In this document: positions 14,684 through 29,223 of the stretch, one piece after another
Numbering within the stretch: the first letter of the stretch is position 1
Layout of the letters: every line of letters starts with the position of its first letter
NCBI GenBank assembly: GCA_964016885.1
Contig: OZ024765.1
Span: forward strand, 7,626,001 to 7,690,000
DNA from: Eledone cirrhosa
Lineage: Eukaryota
Direction: 5' to 3'
DNA: 64,000 bases
Program-made: the position numbers and the translations under genes
Notes under the pieces: generated by a model
What the model saw: only the letters and a program-made list of their open reading frames with translations
What the model was told of the DNA's origin: nothing
Databases searched by the model: none

Positions 14684-14809
14684 GTAAGTTTTCTTTTACG
14701 ATATTTCAGAAAACATCCTTTTCACTAAAAAGGACCCCTTTTTGTAAATCTCTTAGCCCCTGCTACCATGACAAAAAACACTTGGGCCATCAGCTTATGT
14801 TATAAGGCA

Positions 14810-16730
14810 GTCTTGCTGGTAACATGATAAAAAAAACACCCAGTCTACCCTGTAAGGTGGTAGTACTGGTGACATGACAAAACACCCAGTTTACTCTATA
14901 AGGTGGTAGCGCTGGTGACCTGACAAAACACCCAGTTTACTCTATAAGGTGGTAGTGCTGGTGACATGACAAAACACCCAGTCTACTCTATAAGGTGGTA
15001 GTGCTGGTGACATGACAAAACACCCAGTCTACTCTATAAGGTGGTAGTGCTGGTGACATGACAAAACACCCAGTGTACCCTGTAAGGTGACCTTGCTGGT
15101 GACATGACAAAACACCCAGTTTACTCTATAAGGTGGTAGTACTGGTGACATGACAAAACACCCAGTTTACTCTATAAGGTGGTAGTACTGGTGACATGAC
15201 AAAACACCCAGTTTACTCTATAAGGTGGTAGTACTGGTGACATGATAAAACACCCAGTCTACTCTATAAGGTGGTAGTGCTGGTGACATGACAAAACACC
15301 CAGTTTACTCTATAAGGTGGTAGTACTGGTGACATGACAAAACACCCACTCTACTCTATAAGGTGGTAGTACTGGTGACAGGACAAAACACCCAGTTTAC
15401 TCTATAAGGTGGTAGTACTGGTGACATGACAAAACACCCATTCTACTCTATAAGGTGGTAGTACTGGTGACATGACAAAACACCCACTCTACTCTATAAG
15501 GTGGTAGTACTGGTGACATGACAAAACACCCACTCTACTCTATAAGGTGGTAGTACTGGTGACATGACAAAACACCCAGTCTACCCTGTAAGGTGGTAGT
15601 GCTGGTGACATGACAAAACACCCACTCTACTCTATAAGGTGGTAGTACTGGTGACATGACAAAACACCCAGTTTACTCTATAAGGTGGTAGTACTGGTGA
15701 CATGACAAAACACCCACTCTACTCTATAAGGTGGTAGTGCTGGTGACATGACAAAACACCCAGTCTACTCTATAAGGTGGTAGTGCTGGTGACATGACAA
15801 AACACCCACTCTACTCTATAAGGTGGTAGTGCTGGTGACATGACAAAACACCCAGTTTACTCTATAAGGTGGTAGTGCTGGTGACATGACAAAACACCCA
15901 CTCTACTCTATAAGGTGGTAGTACTGGTGACATGACAAAACACCCACTCTACTCTATAAGGTGGTAGTACTGGTGACATGACAAAACACCCACTCTACTC
16001 TATAAGGTGGTAGTACTGGTGACATGACAAAACACCCAGTCTACCCTGTAAGGTGGTAGTGCTGGTGACATGACAAAACACCCAGTTTACTCTATAAGGT
16101 GGTAGTACTGGTGACATGACAAAACACCCACTCTACTCTATAAGGTGGTAGTACTGGTGACAGGACAAAACACCCAGTCTACCCTGTAAGGTGGTAGTGC
16201 TGGTGACATGACAAAACACCCAGTTTACTCTATAAGGTGGTTGTACTGGTGACATGACAAAACACCCACTCTACTCTATAAGGTGGTAGTACTGGTGACA
16301 TGACAAAACACCCACTCTACTCTATAAGGTGGTAGTACTGGTGACAGGACAAAACACCCAGTCTACTCTATAAGGTGGTAGTACTGGTGACATGACAAAA
16401 CACCCAGTCTACTCTATAAGGTGGTAGTACTGGTGACAGGACAAAACACCCAGTCTACTCTATAAGGTGGTAGTACTGGTGACATGACAAAACACCCAGT
16501 CTACTCTATAAGGTGGTAGTACTGGTGACATGACAAAACACCCACTCTACTCTATAAGGTGGTAGTGCTGGTGACATGACAAAACACCCACTACTCTATA
16601 AGGTGGTAGTGCTGGTGACATGATAAAATATCCAGTTTACCCTATAAGGTGGTAGTGCTGGTGACATGACAAAACACCCAGTGTACCCTGTAAGGTGACC
16701 TTGCTGGTGACATGACAAAAACACCCAGTG
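14810..16730 (+). repeat. 46-bp minisatellite, about 42 copies
   Basis: Unit GGTGACATGACAAAACACCCA(G/C)T(T/C)TACTCTATAAGGTGGTAGT(A/G)CT; period checked at 15121 and 15167. Confidence 0.97.
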
Positions 16731-17779
16731 ATAACGTTGACTGAAGAAAGAGTGGTGGCACCGGCTAATATTTGCTACACCTGTGTGTCTATATGTATAG
16801 CGAATTGACTACACACATTGGCTGTTTGATTATGTGTTTGTGTGTGTGTATATGTGTGTTTGTGTGTGTGTATATGTGTGTTTATGGAAATTATATTTAT
16901 ATTCAATATTTGTGTGAGTGTATATGTGTTTGTGTGTGTTTATTTAGAAAGATAACACAGACACAATAGAATGACAAACATACACACATCTACACATACA
17001 TATATATATATATAAACAGACACACTTAAAAAAAATAATTATTACATACACACACATCTATGCGATGACTGAGGAAGGAAGAGGGTAAGAAACTATAGAA
17101 GTCCAGCATTCTAAGATTCAGCACAGCTGTGTGTTTGTATCACTTGTATGAGTGAACACAAAGGAACCAACCGACCAACAAACATCTCTTTTTTTTATAT
17201 TATGTATAGATATTAAAATTAGCTGTCATATTTGCCAGCATGGGGCCAGCTGATAGTCTAATAATTGCTTCTACTTTTGGCACAAGGCCAGCAATTATCC
17301 CAGCGTATTACTGGTACTTTATTTTATCAACCCCGTAAGGATGAAAGGCAAAGTTAACCTCGGCGAGATTTGAACTCGGACCATAAATATGTAGTCTAAT
17401 AATAACAGAACATACAAGGTCCTAGAATGGAAAACAAAATGGGTATTAGTGTGCAAAAATAAGACAACGGTTTGATTCCAACACATGCTAATGCCCATTA
17501 TTTTCCATTTTAGGGGCTTATACATTCTGTCAGATGGATTGGTAGTATCGGTAGAGCGTCAGACACCATGCTTTGCAGCAGAGCTATTGCCCTTTACGTT
17601 CTGAGTTCAAATCCCGCCGAGGTTAACTTTGCCTTTCATCCTTGCGGGGTCGATAAAATAAAGTACCAGTAATGCACTGAGGTAATTGCTGGCCTTGTGC
17701 CAAAAGTAGAAACAATTATTAGACTATTTTCTGTAGTCAATATGTACCAGGAAGATATTTATTCAATTCAATTCATCAT

Positions 17780-18380
17780 CATCATCATCATCATTGTTTT
17801 TTATGTTCGTTTTTCATGGGTTGGATGGGTCTTTCTCAGCACAGCAACTCCCTACTTGCCACACTCCATCATCATCATCATCTCTGTGAGTCTCAGTAAT
17901 TTGAGATCAGCTCTCATCACTTCTGCCCAGGTCTTTCTCAGTCAACCTCTACTGTGGGATCCTGCCACTGAGATTTTGTGGCACTTCTTCACCCAGCTAT
18001 CATCATCCATGCACATCACATGTCCATACCAATGTAGTCTTCTCTCCTGCACACCACTTCGGATTCCTCTTAAACCCATCTTCTCCCTCAGCACATCCAA
18101 GCTCTGCCTTCCTCTCATATTTACATTGCACATCCAATGAAGCATGGTTGCATCATTTCTCTCCACTCTTCTGCAGTCACAGCCTATATTTCACTATTGT
18201 GCAGCATCGTGCTTCGCACACAGGCACCATACAGTCATCCTTAAGTTGTCAACAGTGGGAGTAGCTCTCTAAACCTTTTCCCATCCTATCCTTATTCTAG
18301 CTATCATGCACTCAGAATACCATCTGTTGCTAATTATGTCGTCTAGTTAGCAGAAGCTATCAACCACTTCTATGGATCTT
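17780..18380 (-). mobile_element. RTE-clade LINE 3' remnant
   Basis: Minus-strand ERNDATMLHWMCNV...VQERRLHWYGHVMCMDDDSWVKKC with a (GAT)n tail. Confidence 0.85.
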
Positions 18381-19489
18381 ATATGTGATTGGGAAAAGTT
18401 TATATCACTGACCTCTTCCTCGCACTTCCACTCACCCACTCTCTGTTTCTCCCCTTCTCACTTCCTCCCGTTCGTTAGGAGTGGGATTCTTTCTTTCTCA
18501 CATCCCATTCACGGCGAAAGGTCTGTATTCTGAACGCTCATGAAATTCACCCAGCTTATGCTGATCAGATAACCATGTTGCTTGTTTTTTTTCCCATCTT
18601 CGGTTTGCTTTATCCTTCTATGTTTACTTGTCTCACTCGCTTTACGCGACCCACTTGTCCCAATAGCTTATTTTAGTTATTGCTCGCACCAACCTGAGGT
18701 ATATGATTTTTAATGCGATGAAATACCAATGACGGTTGGCAAATCACTGATGAGGGACTAATTTTATAATATGTAACCCATGTGCAACCACGCAGTATCC
18801 TTCTTCCCATATTTTTCATATATATATATTGCTTTTATTTTTGTCATTATTATCTTTATTTTTTTTTATATTTATCTCTTTATATCTTCCCCCCCCCTCT
18901 CTCTTTCTCTCCCTCTCTATCCATCCCTCCCACTATGATCAATTTAATTCTCTTTAACTCACTACATTCCACGACATGAAGTCTGCTATCAAAACTGACC
19001 AAGGAATCCTTCCACCTCTACCCCTCCCTCCCTCCATCTCAGTTTGTCACTCTACTTCCTACCTCTTCCCCCTTCCTCTCTCTCTATACTATGCCGTCTG
19101 TCCCCTCACCTCCTGATTCCTCTCTCTCTATACTAGTAAATACAATTCCAAATAAATGTTTTTCTCTATATATTAAGAATTATTTCAAGAGTAACTCACT
19201 ATTTTGAAAATTTGGACTGTGAACAACAATTATAATTGAGTGGCTACTATTTGCAGTATAGCAATATAAGGTTGCACTTACCAATGAAACGGTCGTAAAT
19301 ACCTGGATAAAATCCTTCTCTTAATGCTTACCTGTGTTTTGTCTCTTTTATACTATATATATATATATATATATATATTACAATTGATATTAAATAAATG
19401 GAAACTATATTTATAAATATATATATATATATATACAATGATATTAAATAAATGGAAACTATATTTATAAATATATATATATATATATA

Positions 19490-19895
19490 CAATGATATTA
19501 AATAAATGGAAACTATATTTATAAAACCATATTTATTCTATTATATAATATATTTCAAGGGTACCAAAACTTTGGTACGCTATCATCAGATAAAATACGA
19601 AGTGTGTTTTATATATTTTGACATAACCAAGGATATGATACCTTAATGGTTCAAGTTATCCCTAGAATTCCAGGTCATGTCAAATATTTATAAAACATTT
19701 TGTATTTTATCTGATGAAAGCGTACCAAAATTTTTGGTACCCTTGAAATATATATAATAGAATAAATATGGTTTTATAAATATAGTTTCCATTTATTTAA
19801 TATCAATTGAATACTTACTCCAGAAATCTGTAGAGTGCTTTGAATCAGTTGTAAACATCTATATTTGTTGGATTTCCAACAAATTAAATATCTCT
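19490..19895. mobile_element. Palindromic Penelope-like pLTR remnant with two opposed hammerheads (19703-19764 +, about 19535-19597 -)
   Basis: Imperfect inverted arms. The + motif is TATTTTAT-CTGATGA-AAGCGTACCAAAATTTTTGGTACCCTT-GAAA-T-ATAT-A-TA-ATAGAATA. Flanked by (TA)n. Confidence 0.75.
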
Positions 19896-19898
19896 TAT

Positions 19899-19985
<87 letters not shown>

Positions 19986-20044
19986 ATATATATATATATA
20001 TATATATGAAAAGTATAGAAATTATTGTAGCGAGAAGCTAACAG

Positions 20045-20097
<53 letters not shown>

Positions 20098-20341
20098 TAT
20101 ATATATGTAGGAGGTGAGTTTTATTGTAGCACAATAAAGCAATGCAAATATCTCTCCTCCTCTCTCATCCTTCCTTCTTATACTCCTCCCCCACCATTCT
20201 TTACTCTCATCTCCTCTTCCTTACCTCCCCCCCCCCCTCACTTTTTCCCAATCTCATACATCAATCTTAAATTATTTTTCATATGTTGATTTAAAACTTC
20301 ACTATTCACAAGTGTTTTATAAGCTTCATATCATGTATCCC

Positions 20342-20412
20342 TATTTTATCTGATGAGAACGCAGATACCATGCCATGATGATATTTGTTTTTGAAATGCG
20401 CATAATAAAATA
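20342..20412 (+). ncRNA. Minimal type I hammerhead ribozyme motif
   Basis: Stem I TATTTTAT/ATAAAATA, CTGATGA, imperfect stem II, GAAA-T-GCGC-A-TA with a palindromic stem III loop. Confidence 0.7.
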
Positions 20413-20536
20413 CTTGGAACTCTTTTAACCATCTTTTGATAAACAATATTCGATGAGTATGTCAAAGAATGATTTTTACAGTAGATTGGAAGCACTCAAC
20501 GGTAAAAATAATTTTCAGGAGTTATTAATATTAAAA

Positions 20537-21032
20537 TATAAGTATTAATAAAATAGATGTTCTTTTGATCAATTACATTTTATTATACATATTTCGGATG
20601 TACAACAGTACGTCCTCATCAGACAAAATATAATGATACATGACATACCCTGAGATGTTAAATGATTAAGATTTAATCAAGGTAGTAATTAAACCTTGAT
20701 TAAATCTTAACCATTTAACATCTCAGGGTATGTCATGTATCATTATATTTTGTCGGTGGATTGGCAGTATCGGTAGAGGGTCGGACGCCATGCTTTCCAG
20801 CATAGTTACGTCCCTTTACGATCTGAGTTCAAATCCCGCCGAGGTTGACTTTGCCTTTCATCCTTACGGGGTCGATAAAATAAAGTACCAGTAATGCACT
20901 GGGTGATTGCTGGCCTTGTGCCTAAAGTAGAAACAATTATTTTTTGTCTGATGAGGATGTACTGTTGTACATCCGAAATATGTATAATAAAATGTAATTG
21001 ATCAATAGAACATCTATTTTATTAATACTTAT
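20537..21032. mobile_element. Palindromic pLTR-like element with hammerheads (20577-20630 -, 20942-20992 +), interrupted by a SINE at 20755-20940
   Basis: The + motif is TTTTGT-CTGATGA-GGATGTAC-tgtt-GTACATCC-GAAA-TATGTATA-ATAAAA. TTTTGTC flanks the SINE on both sides, consistent with a TSD. Confidence 0.8.
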
Positions 21033-21527
21033 ATATATATCATCATCATCATCATCATCAACGTTTAACGTCCGTGTTCCACGCTTGCATGGGTTTGGAC
21101 GGGGGTAGTCCCACTTGAGGCAAGAGTGATTGTCTTGCTCGCATAGGACTGTCTGGCAGGTTTTCTACAGTTGGATGCCCTTCCTAACACCAACCAAATT
21201 TACAGTGTGGGGCTGGGAGATTTTTACCGTGTTGCCTACACGGCCACATTACAGCGTGGACTGTCTGGCGGGTTTTCTACAGCTGGATGCCCTTCCTAAC
21301 ACCAACCACATTTACAGTGTGGGTCTGGGAGGTTTTTACCGTGTTGCCTACACGGCCACATTACAGCATGGACTGTGTGTTTTTTTGTCGTGACACCTAC
21401 ACGATCTCATTTGTTTCGGCCTGGATGGCGCGGCACCAACATAACTTTACATAGAACTGGGTGGTGTGGATGGGGTGGGGGTGGTGGTGGTGGGACGGGG
21501 TATATTTTGTTTATATATATATTTTGT

Positions 21528-21559
<32 letters not shown>

Positions 21560-21959
21560 TTATTACTGTAACATGTGATAGCAGAAAGAATACAAAACTG
21601 CTTATAATAATAACAATTTACAATAATAATAATGAAAATAATAATAATAAGGTGAAGATAGGAACATAACACATAACTTCATTTAGTAATATGGTATGAA
21701 GTTAGTGTGTGGGATTATTTTCGTAGTTCCATGACTAATGTGAAAATGTAGGTCTGTTGAAATAGCCCACATTAGTGCAACAAAATCCTTTTCTGTCGAA
21801 ATCATGGCTTCATTCCACTTCTTCATTCTTGTCGAGGCTTCATTGAAATATACTTGTACACCTGAACTGAAATAGATACCTGTGTGTGTGTATGTGTGTG
21901 TGTGCGTCTATATTTATATAGATATATATTTATATTTATATATATATATATATATGATG

Positions 21960-22720
<761 letters not shown>

Positions 22721-22756
22721 AGCATAATAGATATTTTCATATATATAATGTATGCA

Positions 22757-22806
<50 letters not shown>

Positions 22807-22859
22807 CACAATTATCTATATAAATATATATGTAAATATATATAGAGAGATAATTGTTT

Positions 22860-22911
<52 letters not shown>

Positions 22912-22914
<3 letters not shown>

Positions 22915-24252
22915 AGTCCCTCTATACCGTCATGCCCCACGCCGACGGCCTACGTGCCCTCAAGCACTACCTCGACCTTCGCCCCTCCCCCATACCCTCC
23001 ACCCCCACCCTCCTTCGCCTTGCCGAGCTGGTCCTCACCCTCAACTGTTTCTCCTTCTCAGGTGAGTTTTACCAACAGGTCACAGGGGTAGCCATGGGTA
23101 CAAGAATGGGCCCAAACTAGGCCAACCTTTTTGTTGGCCATGTTGAGGCCCAAATCTTTGCCCAGTACACCGGCCCCACGCCCGAACTGTACGGTCGTTA
23201 CATCGACGACTATCGGAGCCACGACCCTCACCCGACAACAGCTCGACTCCTTTCTCTCCTTCTTCTGCTCCTTCCACCCCTCCCTCCACTTCACCACCTC
23301 TATCTCCACCACCCACGTCCACTTCTTAGACATCTCCGTCGCCTTCGACCCCTCCCACCACTCCCTCGTCACCTCCGCCTTCTTCAAACCCACCGACTCC
23401 CACTCCTCCCTCCACTTCACCTCTATCTCCACCACCCACGTCCACTTCTTAGACATCTCCGTCGCCTTCGACCCCTCCCACCACTCCCTCGTCACCTCCG
23501 CCTTCTTCAAACCCACCGACTCCCACTCCTACCTCCACTTCACACCCCTACACGCACTAAACTCTCCATTCCCTACTCCCAACTCCTCAGGATCCGCCAC
23601 CTCTGTAGCCGAGATGCTGACTTTGAGTCCCAGGCCCTTTCCCTAGTCAGCCATTTCATCCGCAGAGGTTACCCCCCCTCTCTCGTCCACACCGCTCTCG
23701 CTCGCGCCCGTGCTGTCCACCGCTACACCACCCTCACCCCACGCTACCGCACACCCACCCACCGTCTCCCCTTCCCCATGACCTACCACCCCTCCACCAT
23801 ACCCCTCCACCGCACCATCCTCCGCCTCTTCCAACGCCTCCAGTCCGACCCCTCCACCTCCCACATCTTCCCAGCCCCACCACTCCCCTCCTTCAAACGC
23901 GCACGCAATCTCCGCACCCTCCTCGTCCACAGCTCCCTACCCCCCCAACCCACGCTCTCCTTCCCACCCCCAGTTCCCTTCCCTGTTCCAGGCCCCACTG
24001 CAACACCTGTCCCCACATCACCAACACCACCACCTTCCAGGTGTCACTCTAAATATAAATTATAGCTTTAAAGACTTAGCTTTTAATGAATTCCCTTTTC
24101 TTTCAACCAATGACCTCCACCCATCCCACTCCCCACCCTCTCCTACCACCAGAAATGATATAAATACCACCATATTTACTTGGACAGCCAGATTCCTGAT
24201 GATTTCTCAAGAATGAAACAGTTCTAGTCCTGTAGAATCTCATCTATATTAA

Positions 24253-24256
<4 letters not shown>
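22912..24256 (+). mobile_element. Decayed Penelope-like element (Neptune-like): RT, linker and a 3' pLTR hammerhead
   Basis: KSLYTVMPH...LAELVLTLNCFSFSGEFYQQVTGVAMGTRMGPN*ANLFVG...YGRYIDD, FKPTDSHSYLH, IPYSQLLRIR, FKRARNLRTLLVHS and a Cys linker FPCSRPHCNTC. Contains stops, frameshifts and an internal duplication of about 120 bp. Hammerhead at 24191-24239. Confidence 0.9.
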
Positions 24257-24305
<49 letters not shown>

Positions 24306-24363
24306 ATTAAAAAAATAATGAATAAAACAATGAAACAGTTCCTTATATTAAACAAAAAAAGTT

Positions 24364-24512
24364 CATTATTTAACGATCGTTTCTAGGACATATATGTGTT
24401 AGAATTGGCATGCATATTCAACAGATCTATGTACAAAATTATACAAAATTATACAAACTATCAAATTTAATATACATACCAACACATACATATGCCGTCT
24501 TCAGAAATAATG
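24364..24512 (-). ncRNA. Hammerhead motif with a long stem II insertion
   Basis: Reverse complement reads CATTATTT-CTGAAGA-CGGCATATGTATGTGTT...AACACATATATGTCCTA-GAAA-C-GATC-G-TT-AAATAATG. Confidence 0.6.
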
Positions 24513-24548
24513 GATTGGACACTACCGTAAACTCTTGGTAGATTTATC

Positions 24549-24583
<35 letters not shown>

Positions 24584-24851
24584 TAATATTTGATGAACAT
24601 TTACATGTTATAGTTGCAATTGACTAATAAGATCGCTAGAGTGAAAAATCTTAATTCAACAACATAGGGTCTGCCTGTACGATCTAGAAAATAATAAATC
24701 AATACTCACAGACTCATATGGGCAAAAAGCCTTATATATATATATAAATATTTACACATACACCAATTAAACAGAGTTACAGGTATATATGTGTTTTTGC
24801 AACTTTTCACGTTGTGGCTCAATGGAGAATTAATAAATTAATCAGAGCGAA

Positions 24852-25216
24852 ATACTAGAGTAAAGCATGTCCAGAGAATTATTTGATAATATATATACAT
24901 CATCTCTACTCCCAATCAGCACAATTAACCACACAAAAAATCAATTAGACCGGGCTATAAGAATTAAAGGCATCCATGAAGAAACAGTAAATAGATACAC
25001 CATTGCGGTGTCTTTGAAACGTTGGGTTGATGCTCTATGGCGGTTGCACGCGAAGACGCGCGCAATGGTGTATCTATTTACTGTTTCTTCATGGATGCCT
25101 TTAATTCTTATAGCCCAGTCTAATTGATTTTTTGTGTGGTTAATTGTGCTGATTGGGAGTAGAGATGATATATATATATTATCAAATAATTCTCTGGACA
25201 TGCTTTACTCTAGTAT
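24852..25216. repeat. Near-perfect palindrome, arms about 155 bp, spacer about 55 bp
   Basis: ORF track gives nearly the same peptide (MSRELFDNIY...) on both strands. Confidence 0.9.
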
Positions 25217-25227
25217 ATATATATATA

Positions 25228-25587
25228 TCTAAGGCGGGTAAAATTCCCGAGATCCATGGACGAGTTCTCTCCAGCGGTCTCTGTCCCTCATTATCGCTGC
25301 CATATCCTGCATCTCCAACAGACCAGTGTCTGTCCTTAGGGCATCAACATATGTTAACCTTGGTCTTCCTCTTCTAGTGTGTCCATGTAGGGGCTCCTAA
25401 AGGATCACTGAGTGCAATGTCAACTCTGGATGTCGGTGAGCATGTCCAGCTAACCTCAGTCTCCTCTGTGTCACTTTTGAGCTGACTTTTGGGAGGCCCC
25501 CATACAGCTCTGAGTTTTTCATCCTCAGTGTATACTGATTAATGTTCAGAGCCATCCTCAGCATTCTCGTGTAGCACCCATCCACCA

Positions 25588-25590
<3 letters not shown>
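25228..25590 (-). mobile_element. RTE-like LINE 3' remnant, second family
   Basis: DGCYTRMLRMALNI...ELYGGLPKVSSKVTQRRLRLAGHAHRHPE. Confidence 0.8.
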
Positions 25591-25641
<51 letters not shown>

Positions 25642-26837
25642 ATCTAGCTGTCGAAACGGCTGGAGCTCAGCCGTTGGGGTCCTGACTCTTTTTCCTATTA
25701 CCCACTCTATTACCCTAAGTATTGAGTACTCTGGTGCCTTATGGTCCACTTGGTATCTCACCACATCTTTGTTATATATATATATATATACATACAGTAT
25801 ATTTGAACTCAGAACGTAAAGGTATGTAACTACATACTGCAAAGCATGTCGTCACCAAAATGATAATGATAATGTTTTTTTTATTGACCACAAAGGGTTT
25901 ACATAAAAATTACATTAAGGGCAGCACAGGACAATTGCATGTAAATGAGCATAAAACGAAAACAAAGGATGTAACAAAAAAATAGAAACAAACGAAAATT
26001 CCCCAATAGGGAGACTTCGAAGGGTTACTCGTGGAGAAAGCCCACAAAAGCCACAGTCATCCTGATCACCAGGGCAAATGCCCTCTCCCTGGTGTCCTCT
26101 TTCAATCTACAGGCACACGCTCAGAGCACGCCCATTTCACTTGGGGCATTCTCGCCTCTTAATCAGAAAAACTTGCTGGAGTTTGTATACCAAGTAGGAC
26201 ATAACTTAATGCCTGAATAAAGACAGTTGTAATGTATATGTTGAAGATGGTAGTGTGAATAGAAATTAGCATCATTTCAGAGGAGATTGACCGAAGTAGA
26301 AAGAAAGATGAAATGTAGGAAGCAGGGGTGGTGTGTCTGTGCGTGTTGTGTTTGTTTGTGTGCGTGTGGGTGCTTTACAGAAGTATTAACCCATTACCAT
26401 TTACATGACTCTTGTACTATTGTATTTTTGTGGTAAAGGCTTTATCTCACATAATATCGAATCTACGAGATTTTGATGTTATATATTTTGAGAACAATAC
26501 CTTAACATTATTATGAGTGGCCAGTTACGGCCAGTTTGAACAGAAAAAGGTGAGATAATTCTGGCCGGATACGGCTGGTTTAAATGCTGAAGGGTTAAGG
26601 TAGGTATGAGTAGGTGTGAGAGTTTTATAGTATATAGGAAGATGTGTAGGTGTTCGTGTGTATGGTTTATAGACATAAAGGTAGATCTGTGTAGGTGTGT
26701 GAGTTTTATAGTATATAGGTAGATGTGTGTTTATAGTTGTGTGTTTTTTATAGAAGTATAAAGGTAGATGTGTATAGGAGTAGGTGTGTGTGTAAGTGTT
26801 TGTGCATATATATAGATGTGTGTGTTTTATAGAAGTA

Positions 26838-27390
26838 CTAGCAGTGGTACCCGGCGTTGCACAGGATAAGGTATTGTGAAATATATAACCGCCTTAGCTT
26901 AGCTTAGTATAGCCACAACCACGGCTGGCAAAGAAGTAAGGGTCTGGTGGTATGTAACTAAGCAACACTGTGGCTTAAAACGTGAGGAAGAAGTTGTGTG
27001 CACTTACCAATGAGTGTGCGATTTGTCTTGAGCAAGGGTGGCAGAATAACCGGAGGCAGCAGACAGACAGATGTTATAAGGGCACGTTCTGGATGCAGAG
27101 CGAATTGGAAGGAAGTAACGTAATACAGACAGGTATAATAAGGGTGCAACGTTATATGTATGTATCTATCTAAAAAGAGAAAGACTAAGAATTATAGAGA
27201 GAGATCGCTAAATCGCCTAATGCGGTCCCTAGGGCATTGAAAATTTGAAATTTCTTTTGCTCAGAACTCTCCTTGAAACATAAGTATTACATGTGTAAAG
27301 TTTGAAAACAGTTGGTTGGGTGGTTCTCGAGTTTTAGGGATTCAAACTCACACACACACAGACAGACATCCTCAGTTTTATATATATAGA
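26838..27390 (-). mobile_element. Non-autonomous Helitron, 553 bp
   Basis: Minus strand starts TCTATATATATAAAACTGAGG and ends ...CCTGTGCAACGCCGGG (hairpin)-TACCACTG-CTAG. It sits between A and T with no TSD, and removing it restores AGAAGTATAAAGGTAGA, seen intact at about 26752. Confidence 0.85.
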
Positions 27391-27715
27391 TAAAGGTAGA
27401 TGTGTATTGGAGTAGGTGTGTGTGTAATTGTTTGTGTGTCTGGGCATGTGTGTAGGTGTGTATGTTTTATAGAAGTATGAAGGTAGATGTGTATAGGAGT
27501 AGGTGTGTAAATGTTTGTGCATGTGTGTAGGTGTGTATGTTTTATAGAAGTATGAAGGTAGATGTGTATAGGAGTAGGTGTGTAAATGTTTGTGCATGTG
27601 TGTAGGTGTGTGTGTTTTATAGAAGTATGAAGGTAGATGTGTATAGGAGTAGGTGTGTAAATGTTTGTGCATGTGTGTAGGTGTGTGTGTTTTATAGAAG
27701 TATGAAGGTAGATGC
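27391..27715. repeat. 75-bp tandem repeat, about 4 copies
   Basis: AGGTAGATGT recurs at 27481 and 27556. Confidence 0.85.
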
Positions 27716-28856
27716 CTGTAGGGGTTAGAGAGAAGGAAAAATTGATATGTAAGCAAGTGTGTGTTTCTGTTGATACAGCTAGTGAACCCACACGAATGTG
27801 GGCTGTGTAGTGTGTGTGTGTGTATTGTGTATGTGTAAGATGATGTTTGCTGTGTTGTGTGTATGTGTATGTTAATATAGCTTACATGAATGTGAGCTGT
27901 GCATTGTGTGTATATGTCAATGTGTATTGTGTGTGTGTGTTTAAGGTGAGATGTGCTTTGTTATGTGTGTGTGTTTGTTAATAAAGCTTGTGTGCCCACA
28001 TGAAATGAGTTGTGTGTGTTTGCGTGTTTGTATGTGTGTTCGAGGCTAGGTGTGTATCTGTTTTAGTGTGTATGTGTGTGATATTCTTGGCAAGTTATCA
28101 GAGAGCTTGGCTCACACTGAAATGCAAATGTGCAAGCAAGCCCTGTCTCCTCCTTCTCTCCCCTCCCTCCCTATTGCTCTACTCTTTCTCTCTCTCTCCC
28201 CTTCTCTATCCCACTTTCTCTCTCCCTTTCCCTCCTCTCTCCCTCTATTTCTCTCCCTTTCTCCCTATCTCACTCCTCTCATTCTCTTTCCACCCCTCAC
28301 CTCATCTCCATAACCCTTCTCTCCTCCTCTCTCCTTCTCTTTCACTTCCCCTCTCTCCTCATCACCTCTTTCACTCCCCCTCTCTTAGTATCATTGTCTA
28401 GCCACTTGTGAAGAATTGAAGAGCTATGGAAGAGCTCTACTCTGTCTTCTATTGTTTACCTGTTCTAGCTGAGAGGTTGAGGCCATGCTGGGGCACCACC
28501 ATTGTTGCTACATTTTCTTTAGAGAATGGGAGGGGAAGCTTTAATGAGGCTTTGTACTGATGGTGGGGGTGCTGATGGTGGGATGCTAGCAAGCCTTCTC
28601 TCTCTCTCTCTCCTAGTATAAATATCTAGCCACTTGTGAAGAATTGAAAAGCTAGGAAAGAGCTATAGTATATGGAAGGAAAAGCCTTCATCAAGGTGGG
28701 TGGGATAGTGGGAATGGTGTGGATGGTGGGACGAAGGAATGATTGGCTGGTGGGGTATTGTGGAGATAGTGGGGTGTTTAAGATTGTATATATGTATGTA
28801 CATATATATATATATATACTGTATATATATATATATATACTGTATATATATATATA

Positions 28857-28910
<54 letters not shown>

Positions 28911-28911
28911 G

Positions 28912-28967
<56 letters not shown>

Positions 28968-29000
28968 TACATATATATATACATATATATATATATATAT

Positions 29001-29189
29001 GAAAAAGTATGACCCCGACGGCAGAGCTCGAGCCGTTTCGACGGCTATTTCTGGTCCAGAAATAGCCGTCGAAATGGCTTGAGCTCTGCGATCGGGGTCA
29101 TACTTTTTCCTATTACCCACCCTACTACCCTAAGTATTGAGTACTCTGGTGCGTTATGGTCCATCTGGTTCCTTACCACAACTCCTTTG

Positions 29190-29192
<3 letters not shown>
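29001..29192. mobile_element. Palindrome-plus-tail mini-element (relatives at 3920-3966, 25640-25772, 37562-37752)
   Basis: Inverted arms at 29001-29108 and a conserved tail CCTATTACCCAC...TATTGAGTACT...GGTCCA. Embedded in (TA)n. Confidence 0.75.

Positions 29193-29223
<31 letters not shown>

Noticed and set aside
14587-14805. ORF MSDTCWNPNQ...
   Set aside because: It is an alternative frame over the boule exon that runs through the donor; the conserved RRM is in another frame.
14810-16730. 46-bp array (and the 37-bp array at 56470-58970) as a CRISPR array
   Set aside because: Head-to-tail units with no unique spacers, no cas genes, and a eukaryotic intron context.
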